A stretch of 23,414 bases of DNA from Candidatus Wukongarchaeum yapensis (GTDB lineage Archaea > Asgardarchaeota > Wukongarchaeia > Wukongarchaeales > Wukongarchaeaceae), in contig JAEOSI010000008.1 in NCBI GenBank assembly GCA_016840425.1, positions 1-23,414 of the forward strand. Reading direction: 5' to 3'. A model generated the notes under the pieces. It was not told the DNA's origin and searched no databases. It was given only the letters and a program-made list of their open reading frames with translations. How positions within the stretch are numbered: the stretch's first letter is position 1; the number at the start of each line of letters is the position of its first letter. Below are positions 9,372 through 16,190 of this stretch, piece by piece. Position numbers and translations under genes: made by a program.

Positions 9372-9411
9372 GATATAATAGCTATATCATAGAAAGTTTC
9401 ACAAACTTTCT
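9372..9411. promoter_or_regulatory. Two adjacent inverted repeats, candidate operators
   Basis: GATATA-atagc-TATATC (9372-9388) and AGAAAGTTT-cac-AAACTTTCT (9391-9411, perfect 9-bp arms). Confidence 0.4.
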
Positions 9412-9562
9412 GGGTAGTTCTACTCTCTCTTAACTATGTTATTCGAATAACTTTTAAACAATCGAGTTTTTATTTCATAAATCAAAGTAATACAACAAGG
9501 GTTTAATTAACCTCCCAAACTTCCACATTTATTATATTATAGGTTTTTAGGGCGAAGGATGT

Positions 9563-10297
9563 ATGCAGATTATTTCTACTGGTATACGTGAGCTTGATGA
9601 GGTTTTAGGGGGAGGTTTTCCTCGTAATTCTTCTGTTCTTTTGCTTGGAAATATGGGCGCAGATCCTGAAGCTTTAGCTTTTGAAATGTTGTATTCACAT
9701 CTTAAAGAGGGGGGAAAGGGACTACTTTCTGTTTTTGATTATCCTCCTTCAGAGGTTAGAGATAAGATGAGAGAGTTTGGATGGGTAACTAAAAGGTTTG
9801 AGGAGGAAAATAAGTTTATCTTGGCCGATTTTTACACCCATGCTTTTAGTTTAGAGGAGTTCTATAAGCCCGAAAAATATTTCTGTAAAAAACCCACAGA
9901 CTACACATATATCACAAACTATTTTAATACTATTTGGGAAGAATTACTGGAAAAATCGGCAAACGGGGACTATTTGGGAGTTATTTTATCACTTACCACG
10001 GTGGTTCAGTGGTGTGGAGAGAATGAAGCATTAAAACTTGCTTATTTAACGGCTACAAAGTATCGACCGTTAGGATGCACTATCTTTGTATTAAACCCAT
10101 CCGCTGTGAGGAATAGCACTCTGGCTATGCTTGGAAATAGGAGCGAAGTTGTGATAAAGCTTTTCATCGGCGAATCTGAAAGAATTCCAGAAAAGAAAAT
10201 AGTGGTTTTAAAATCCCCCTTACCAAGATGGTTAAATAAACCACTACTTTATACAGTTCTGCCAGAAAGAGGTTTCTTTATCGGAGAATCCATTTGA
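9563..10297 (+). CDS. KaiC/RAD55-like RecA-fold protein with degenerate ATPase motifs
   Basis: Starts ISTGIRELDEVLGGGFPRNSSVLLLG. Walker A reads GNMGADPE, Walker B reads VILSLT (no Asp), and the finger motif reads LKSP instead of KxR. Confidence 0.8.
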   Translation: MQIISTGIRELDEVLGGGFPRNSSVLLLGNMGADPEALAFEMLYSHLKEGGKGLLSVFDYPPSEVRDKMREFGWVTKRFEEENKFILADFYTHAFSLEEFYKPEKYFCKKPTDYTYITNYFNTIWEELLEKSANGDYLGVILSLTTVVQWCGENEALKLAYLTATKYRPLGCTIFVLNPSAVRNSTLAMLGNRSEVVIKLFIGESERIPEKKIVVLKSPLPRWLNKPLLYTVLPERGFFIGESI

Positions 10298-10489
10298 GAC
10301 GTTTTAGTATACCATTTAGTTTATATTAGAATTCTGGAAAAGATAGAGAAAAGAAAGTGTTATGAGACATTTAAAGCGATAACGTTAACTTTTTAATCTT
10401 CACTTATCTATAAAAATGATTGAATTCTTCAAATTTTCTCGGTAAAATAAAGGAATTATGATTTGACAAGAAGTTTTAAAACAACAAGA

Positions 10490-10641
10490 GGGCCCGTAGC
10501 TCAGCCTGGTTAGAGCGCGCGACTGATAACCTTTAACCTCTTCATAAGCTGTAATAAAAGAGGTTAGAAATCGCGACGCACTAATGTTTTAAGATTTTTG
10601 CGCGGTAAAGGTCGAGGGTTCAAATCCCTTCGGGCCCACCA
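10490..10641 (+). tRNA. tRNA-Ile(GAT) with introns at 37/38 (10529-10569, 41 nt) and 43/44 (10576-10608, 33 nt); CCA encoded
   Basis: Spliced sequence GGGCCCGTAGCTCAGCCTGGTTAGAGCGCGCGACTGATAATCGCGAGGTCGAGGGTTCAAATCCCTTCGGGCCCACCA. BHB central helices are CTGA/TTAG and ATCG/CGGT. Confidence 0.92.
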
Positions 10642-10649
10642 TAACATTT

Positions 10650-11045
10650 TTAGTCGACTTCTGAAACCAGGTTTAATACCTTTTTTTCTATTTCATCCCT
10701 GATTTGACGTATTTTTTCAAGCTGTTTGTCTTTTGGATCTTCCAGCTCCCAGCTAATTGATTTTTTGAATAAAGGGGCAGGGCATGATTCTTCGACACTA
10801 CACCCCATCATGATAACGGTGTTAGCCTCTTCAATCATTTTTTTATCTAACAGTTTTGGTTTATTTTCCGAAATATCGATCCCTTTCTCTTTCATGGCTT
10901 CGACGACAAGCAGATTAACTTTGTCTGCGGGTTCTGTGCCTGCGCTAGAAGCTATTAGTTTTCCTTTTCCATAATGGTTAGCAAAAGCTTCTGCCATCTG
11001 ACTTCTACCCGCATTTCCAACACAGATAAACAAAATACGTTTCAT
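10650..11045 (-). CDS. arsC: Thioredoxin-type arsenate reductase (LMW-PTP family)
   Basis: ILFICVGNAGRSQMAEAF (CX5R), plus GCSVEESCP and WELEDP. Confidence 0.9.
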   Translation of the reverse strand: MKRILFICVGNAGRSQMAEAFANHYGKGKLIASSAGTEPADKVNLLVVEAMKEKGIDISENKPKLLDKKMIEEANTVIMMGCSVEESCPAPLFKKSISWELEDPKDKQLEKIRQIRDEIEKKVLNLVSEVD

Positions 11046-11202
11046 TTTTACTTCTCCACTTTAATAGGCACTGTTTCTAGTTATTTTTAAAAATTAAACA
11101 GTCTGAAGACTAACGTTTGCCTTTTCTTTAAAAATCACATGTTTTGACAGATGATTATAAAATAATGATTTTAAGATTCGATGAAAAAAGTATAAAAAAA
11201 TA

Positions 11203-11237
11203 TATATGCATTTTTTATTTCCAATCTAATGCATATA
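11203..11237. promoter_or_regulatory. Perfect 10-bp inverted repeat upstream of the RHH gene
   Basis: TATATGCATT-N15-AATGCATATA; each arm contains palindromic ATGCAT. Confidence 0.4.
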
Positions 11238-11304
11238 ACATATATAATATAAATTCATAAAAAGACAAAGAGCAAAAAAAGCATAATAGGAGAAGTGAAA
11301 AATC

Positions 11305-11526
11305 GTGAGCCAAAAAGAAAGAACATCATCCTCATCAGGAAGAAGGAGAAGAAGAAAGGAAGAAAAACAACACATAACAATCTCTCTACCAGAATCAATA
11401 GCAAACAAGTTCCGTGAAAAAGCCTACGCACTATTTGGTCTAGGAAAAGGCTCCCTAAGCGAGGCAGCAGAAGAAGCCATAACAGACTGGCTAGAAAAAG
11501 TAGAAAAAGAAGAAGCAGGGAGATGA
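11305..11526 (+). CDS. Ribbon-helix-helix (CopG-like) DNA-binding protein
   Basis: Beta strand HITISLP, helix ESIANKFREKAY, then GKGSLSEAAEEAITDWL. GTG start follows AGGAG. Confidence 0.7.
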   Translation: MSQKERTSSSSGRRRRRKEEKQHITISLPESIANKFREKAYALFGLGKGSLSEAAEEAITDWLEKVEKEEAGR

Positions 11527-11654
11527 GGTCTTCTTTTTTACTAAGGATTTATTTATTTTTTTCATGAATTTAGAATTTCACTTTCGCTTTTTTTAGTTTT
11601 TCTTTTTTTATTCGTTTGAAAGCCTAATATATTCACTTTTGCCCCCCTCTCTAT

Positions 11655-11666
11655 AAAGTTTATATA
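11655..11666 (+). promoter_or_regulatory. BRE/TATA-like promoter of the tnpB-like gene
   Basis: AAAGTTTATATA about 45 nt upstream of ATG 11712. Confidence 0.5.
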
Positions 11667-11711
11667 TGGTATATATTATATGAATGATCTATCCTTCATG
11701 GGGTAAAAATT

Positions 11712-13535
11712 ATGCGAAGAACAGTAACAGAAAGCGTGCGTTTAACCTTTCAAGGCAAACTTTTAGAGGTAGCAGAAGAAGACCGTGTTAAGATCGATGA
11801 TCTTATGAGAAGGCTTCAATCTGCGAAAAGAACCGCTTTCAAAAGACTTCTAGAAGTCACAAGTAGTGAAAAGGAGATACGAAAGGAGCTTTCTGAGAAA
11901 TTTATCCTAAACTCAAAGTATGTAGATTCTGCGATAATTGATGCAAAAGCGATAATAGATAGTCAAAGAGAACTATTACCTTACTACATTGAAAACTATG
12001 AGGGAAAGATAAGAAAGAGTAAGAAAAAGCTGCAAAAGTGTCGTTCTGAACTGAAACGCAAAGGCATACAAGCCAGAATAAAAAAGTATGAGGAGAAAAG
12101 GGATCTTTTAAAACAGCACTTAGAGAATGGAGCCACCCCCAGGGTAGTCTTTGGAAGAAGGGGTAACTTTGACCTTCTTATAAAGGGGAAGATACTGGGG
12201 GAAGAATGGAGAGATTTGAGGACAAACCAAGTTTATAACAAGGGTGAAGCTTACCAAAAAGGTAACAGAAACTTGAGAGTAACCTATGAAGAAAAGGAAA
12301 AACAGTTCTACCTATTGATAAATTATCCTAGCAAAGTAAAGGGAAAACGGGGACGAAAAAAGAAGTATAAGCTTTTTGTTCCAGAACCTTTCAAACCATA
12401 CATCCTATCTAACCTAGAGACTGAGAAAATAACGGTCGGAAAACAGAAAAAGACTAGGATTGTTAACAAAAAACCCCACACAGTTAGAGTGATACGCAAT
12501 AAAGGAGAATATTATGTTAACATAACGGTAGAATTGTCTTGTCCGGATGAAACTTTTTCAAATGCTAACAAAAAAGGTTTAATGGGCCTAGATGTTAATG
12601 TTAAGGGCATAGGAGTAGCAATAGTTTTTCCGAACGGTAATCTTAGAGTGCATCGATGGTTTCCATGCCACGAACTTTTTTACACAAGAAGCGAAAAACG
12701 TTCTCACTTGATAGGAAACCTACTGGTTAAGGTTTTCAGGTGGGCTAAAAAGTTCGGCGTGAACACTGTTGTTTCAGAGGGTTTAGATAGGTTCAAAAAG
12801 GATAACGACACCAACGCGAAATACAATCGTGCCACTCACAACTTTTGCAAAGAGAAGATGATTAAAACCATTAAAAGCAGAGCCTTAAAAGAGAACTTTG
12901 TTCACATAGAAGTTTTTCCAGCCTACAGTTCAATAATCGGAGCCATAAAATACCAAAAAATGTACGGTTTAAACACTCATGAAGCTGCCGCCTTCGTAAT
13001 CGGGAGAAGGGGATTAGGATTTAATAACGAAAAGATTCCAAAAGAGCTTTCCAAGAGCTTAAAGCTAAAGGGGCGTCGCCAATGGAAGGATGACGCTGAT
13101 CCTTTGGCGAGCATCTGCCGCCAGTGGGGCGGTCTATGGAAACAAGTTTCGAAAATAAAAAACCTCTTCTTCGAAACAACGAGGGAGATACCTATGAACC
13201 TTCGCTGGTTCTGTAGGCATCTCCTAATTAAATCTGGTGGCGCTAACAGCGCGCTTCAGCTCGCGCTCTCCTACTTAAATAAAAAGGAAGAGATGGAAGT
13301 AGAGGAAACCGGACTGTCTTCGGGGTTCAGATCCTACCTCGCCGACTTAACCCGTTCGGTCCTTGAAAACGCTGAAGAACTACGTGAGAGTCGTAGCACT
13401 AGGCGCAAACAGGCGTTATGCGCCGTCGTTGACTTTATAAATAATGGGGGACTATCCTCCTTCGAAGGTCAACGATATGAAGAAAAACATCCTCAAAGGA
13501 TCGAAACCTCTAAAATAGCCTGTAGAGGCTTCTGA
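11712..13535 (+). CDS. tnpB: TnpB/Cas12f-like RuvC protein (IS200/IS605 OrfB-related), zinc-finger-less, atypical RuvC-III
   Basis: RuvC-I MGLDVN, RuvC-II VVSEGL, VFPAYSSIIG followed by NTHEAAAFVIGRRGLG. Also VVFG and KG..YQKGNRNLRV motifs of this OrfB-related family. No tnpA in the window. Confidence 0.85.
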   Translation: MRRTVTESVRLTFQGKLLEVAEEDRVKIDDLMRRLQSAKRTAFKRLLEVTSSEKEIRKELSEKFILNSKYVDSAIIDAKAIIDSQRELLPYYIENYEGKIRKSKKKLQKCRSELKRKGIQARIKKYEEKRDLLKQHLENGATPRVVFGRRGNFDLLIKGKILGEEWRDLRTNQVYNKGEAYQKGNRNLRVTYEEKEKQFYLLINYPSKVKGKRGRKKKYKLFVPEPFKPYILSNLETEKITVGKQKKTRIVNKKPHTVRVIRNKGEYYVNITVELSCPDETFSNANKKGLMGLDVNVKGIGVAIVFPNGNLRVHRWFPCHELFYTRSEKRSHLIGNLLVKVFRWAKKFGVNTVVSEGLDRFKKDNDTNAKYNRATHNFCKEKMIKTIKSRALKENFVHIEVFPAYSSIIGAIKYQKMYGLNTHEAAAFVIGRRGLGFNNEKIPKELSKSLKLKGRRQWKDDADPLASICRQWGGLWKQVSKIKNLFFETTREIPMNLRWFCRHLLIKSGGANSALQLALSYLNKKEEMEVEETGLSSGFRSYLADLTRSVLENAEELRESRSTRRKQALCAVVDFINNGGLSSFEGQRYEEKHPQRIETSKIACRGF

Positions 13536-13549
13536 GGGCGTTTTGCAGC
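13184..13549 (+). ncRNA. Candidate omegaRNA-like structured RNA overlapping the tnpB 3' end
   Basis: Hairpins at 13184-13224, 13248-13267, 13380-13396, 13402-13424, 13426-13475 (11-bp stem with inner 6-bp stem), 13489-13501 and 13507-13528. The region is visibly GC-richer than the rest of the ORF. Boundaries are approximate. Confidence 0.5.
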
Positions 13550-13701
13550 GCCGGGGTAGCTTAGTTGGTAGAGCGTCTGGCTGTTATCATCTGTTTTGGT
13601 TCGTTTATCTCCGTAAAAGATGGTTGAAACCAGACGGTCGGAGGTTCGAGAATAGCGTAGTTTTTAGGGCTACGTTGGCGGAAATCCTCTCCCCGGCGCC
13701 A
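13550..13701 (+). tRNA. tRNA-Asn(GTT) with introns at 37/38 (13587-13628, 42 nt) and 59/60 (13651-13684, 34 nt); CCA encoded
   Basis: Spliced sequence GCCGGGGTAGCTTAGTTGGTAGAGCGTCTGGCTGTTAACCAGACGGTCGGAGGTTCGAGTCCTCTCCCCGGCGCCA has G73. The T-loop intron central helix is TTCG/CGGA. Confidence 0.9.
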
Positions 13702-13775
13702 CTATCAATATTAATAAAATTATTAAGAGGGAAAATTTTATTTCTGTCTTAGTGTTTGTTGTTTTTTAAGGGTCG

Positions 13776-14255
13776 GTGGATGGTTTGGTGTTTTTTAAAA
13801 AGAAGTGGAGCATCATTTTAGATGGGAAGAAGTTGGGTAAAGAGGCGGATGAAAAGCTTAATTTTGCTGATTTCGGCGAGTTTGGTGTTAAGGTAGGTTT
13901 TGATTTTTTCACTGATCTTTGGGTAGAAATAGAGAAACAGGAGAATTACAAAGAAGTTCAATGTATAAAAGACCTGAAATCGCCTAAAAAAGAAGATTTC
14001 TCTTCGAAAACAATGTTTTTAATTATGGCTATTTATAAAAGGGATAATACCGAGGTGGGAGTGTTTTTTAATTTAGTAGATAGAGAAAATCTTTTAATCT
14101 TAGGCCTCTGGCCAGACAGGTTCTACAATGTTTGTAAAGAACAAGTAACTACTGGAAATAACACGCTTTTATTAGGCATGCTAGACTCTATTATCATAAA
14201 CCCAGAAGAGTGGAAAGAAGTCAAGCTTTATACTACTCTCCCCGCCAATAAATAA
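13776..14255 (+). CDS. Hypothetical protein (159 aa)
   Basis: Non-overlapped ORF with protein-like composition; no family recognised. Confidence 0.6.
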   Translation: MDGLVFFKKKWSIILDGKKLGKEADEKLNFADFGEFGVKVGFDFFTDLWVEIEKQENYKEVQCIKDLKSPKKEDFSSKTMFLIMAIYKRDNTEVGVFFNLVDRENLLILGLWPDRFYNVCKEQVTTGNNTLLLGMLDSIIINPEEWKEVKLYTTLPANK

Positions 14256-14367
14256 AAAACTTAAACCGATTTATCAAAATTATTCCCTGCTGAAAAGTGG
14301 GTTAACTTAAAAAAGTGTTCTAGGGTGTATAGGTCGTTGATCTTTTATTGCCTGATTTTTTTTGTTT

Positions 14368-14673
14368 TTAGAGATTTTTCATGACTTCTTCAACTTTTTC
14401 TTCCATTGTTCGCTTTTTGTCCCTTCTATCATCTATGTTTATACGTGTCACTACTCTTTTTGACCCCGTTTCAAAAACCGCTTCATGAGCTTTAAGCACA
14501 ACCTCGATAACTTTAGATAAGTCATCACCTTCTATTATAGTACATGAAGGCGTAAGCTGATATTTTAACCCCGAAGCTGCTACTTCTTTAACCGCTTTCG
14601 TTACCTCCTTACTAACACTAACATCCCCTGTGCCAAGGGGTATAACGCTAAACTCAACAATAACACGACCCAT
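14368..14673 (-). CDS. MTH1187/UPF0045 family thiamine-binding protein
   Basis: MGRVIVEFSVIPLGTG.SVS..V..LKYQLTP..T.IEG..RVVT.I.ID.R.DK. ATG 14673 follows AAGGAGGT. Confidence 0.85.
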   Translation of the reverse strand: MGRVIVEFSVIPLGTGDVSVSKEVTKAVKEVAASGLKYQLTPSCTIIEGDDLSKVIEVVLKAHEAVFETGSKRVVTRINIDDRRDKKRTMEEKVEEVMKNL

Positions 14674-14705
14674 AATTTCTACCTCCTTTTTGTTAATCCA
14701 CTTAT
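14557..14705. repeat. Direct repeat copy A (partner 15293-15440)
   Basis: 7 mismatches over the first 130 nt by manual alignment; covers the 5' third and RBS of the thiamine-binding gene. Confidence 0.95.
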
Positions 14706-14802
14706 CGGAAAACTTCCCCCCTATTTCAATATTACCCCAAGAAAAACTCATCACAGCTTTAATAAAAATAAGGGGTTGTTGAGGGGGTTATGCTCCCTTT
14801 TT

Positions 14803-15024
14803 TTAACAGGAACTGTGTTCTATTGCTTCTGTGGGACAAGCGTCTACGCATTTACAACATTCTGAGCAATCGTCTATTCGTGGAGCTGTTGTTTTTCCTT
14901 CTACAAGTTCGTATACATCTTCGGGACAAACTTCTACACACTCACCGGCACCTATACATTTGTCGTAATCGACCATTATATCAATGTCTAGCTCGTCTGA
15001 ATTCCATTTCCTTATATCGGCCAT
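14803..15024 (-). CDS. Dicluster ferredoxin (CxxAxxCxxxCP + CxxCxxCxxxCP)
   Basis: CIGAGECVEVCP and CSECCKCVDACP. The first site lacks the second Cys and is probably [3Fe-4S]. Confidence 0.9.
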   Translation of the reverse strand: MADIRKWNSDELDIDIMVDYDKCIGAGECVEVCPEDVYELVEGKTTAPRIDDCSECCKCVDACPTEAIEHSSC

Positions 15025-15154
15025 TTTTTACTCGCCTCTTTTTTCGGTGTTAAGGCTTTTTTCTTATTGCTTATCAAATGGTTCAAATTTTCATGAGAAG
15101 TTTATATACCTTTTTCTATCTAAACCAAAAATTTAACGAAAAAGAAATAAATGT

Positions 15155-15247
15155 TTAAAGATTTAGGGCAACTCCTCTTTCAGAGATTTTTAATCCCTCT
15201 TTTTCAAGGATTATGTGTTTTATTATATTGTTTTCCTTATCTCCCAT
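15155..15247 (-). pseudogene. Diverged copy of the ogt 3' end (30 codons)
   Basis: MGDKENNIIKHIILEKEGLKISERGVALNL* versus Ogt C-terminus GGKENNQMLKRMLLEKEGVKISEKGVVQKNHFLK*. Confidence 0.8.
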
Positions 15248-15280
15248 TACTTTTTTATATTCTAAATTTTTTAAGGAGTG

Positions 15281-15409
15281 TTAAAGAATTGTCTGATATT
15301 TTAACCTCGAAGCTGCTACTTCTTTAACCACTTTCATTACCTCCTTACTAACACTAGCATCCCCTGTGCCAAGGGGTATAACAGTAAACTCAACAATAAC
15401 ACGACCCAT
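15281..15409 (-). pseudogene. Truncated 42-aa duplicate of the thiamine-binding protein N-terminus
   Basis: MGRVIVEFTVIPLGTGDASVSKEVMKVVKEVAASRLKYQTIL*. Confidence 0.85.
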
Positions 15410-15440
15410 AATTCCTACCTCCTTCTGTTCATTCACTTAT
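15293..15440. repeat. Direct repeat copy B (partner 14557-14705)
   Basis: Direct alignment with copy A at an offset of 736 nt. Confidence 0.95.
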
Positions 15441-16117
15441 TTTAAAAAATGATTTTTTTGAACAACTCCTTTTTCAGAGATTTTCACCCCCTCTTTTTCA
15501 AGAAGCATTCGTTTTAACATCTGATTATTCTCCTTTCCCCCAAACCCTCCAAGTTCGCCAGATTTTTTAATCACTCGATGACAGGGAACTACTAAACAGA
15601 GAAGGTTTTCTGCTAAAATATTACCCGTAGCCCTAAAAGCTTTAGGTTTACCAGCCCGCATAGCTATATCAGAATAACTTGACACGAACCCTTTCGGGAT
15701 CTTTGCTGTCTCCTCATAAACGTTTTTGGCAAAACTCGTAACTTCGTAAGGATATTCATACTCTATTATCACATCTTCCCTTTTACCCTCATAGATATCC
15801 ATTAAAGCTTCTGCTATCCTTAATAAGTCCTGATTTTCTACGCTATCACTTATCCTAATTTTCAGATCTTTTTTATCCAACTTTTTGCTCAGTCTCTTTA
15901 CCTGTTTAAGCAAAACTTCCTTGTTTTTTTGGGGCATGAAGGTTAAAACCACCTTCTTCTTCAAAAAATCGTAACCAAAAGCAATCCAATAATCCCGAAC
16001 CTTAAAAAAATTAACAAAAGTTTCTCTCAAATTAATCCCCTTGCAAAAATTTATGGTTTTTAAAAGTTCATAAGTAAAAGGTTGACATACATCTATTTTT
16101 TGTGTGTTTGGAAGCAT
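15437..16117 (-). CDS. ogt: Methylated-DNA--protein-cysteine methyltransferase
   Basis: IPKGFVSSYSDIA..GKPKAFRATGN..NL..VVPCHRVI..GELGGFGG. Confidence 0.9.
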   Translation of the reverse strand: MLPNTQKIDVCQPFTYELLKTINFCKGINLRETFVNFFKVRDYWIAFGYDFLKKKVVLTFMPQKNKEVLLKQVKRLSKKLDKKDLKIRISDSVENQDLLRIAEALMDIYEGKREDVIIEYEYPYEVTSFAKNVYEETAKIPKGFVSSYSDIAMRAGKPKAFRATGNILAENLLCLVVPCHRVIKKSGELGGFGGKENNQMLKRMLLEKEGVKISEKGVVQKNHFLK

Positions 16118-16190
16118 TTTTATTAAAAAATCCTACTATTCTTCTACATTTATACTTGAATTATTTAAGTTTTTAAAGGAGTGTTAAAAA

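Noticed and set aside
13503-13540. IS605-type right end for the tnpB-like gene
   Set aside because: GAAA before the CCTCTA/TAGAGG stem predicts a TCNT cleavage site, but the sequence reads TCTG. No matching left-end hairpin was identified.
7000-13684. tRNA introns as C/D box guide RNAs
   Set aside because: No TGATGA or CTGA boxes in any of the six introns, and they are only 33-42 nt.
10490-13701. Integrated island between tRNA-Ile and tRNA-Asn
   Set aside because: No duplicated tRNA 3' end (att site) and no integrase were seen.
13543-13752. 69-aa ORF
   Set aside because: It lies over the tRNA-Asn gene and is a spurious reading.
11527-14367. CRISPR array associated with the Cas12f-like gene
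   Set aside because: No regularly spaced direct repeats were found on either side of the gene.
14674-14754. N-terminal extension of the thiamine-binding protein
   Set aside because: A strong AAGGAGGT precedes ATG 14673 and family similarity starts there.
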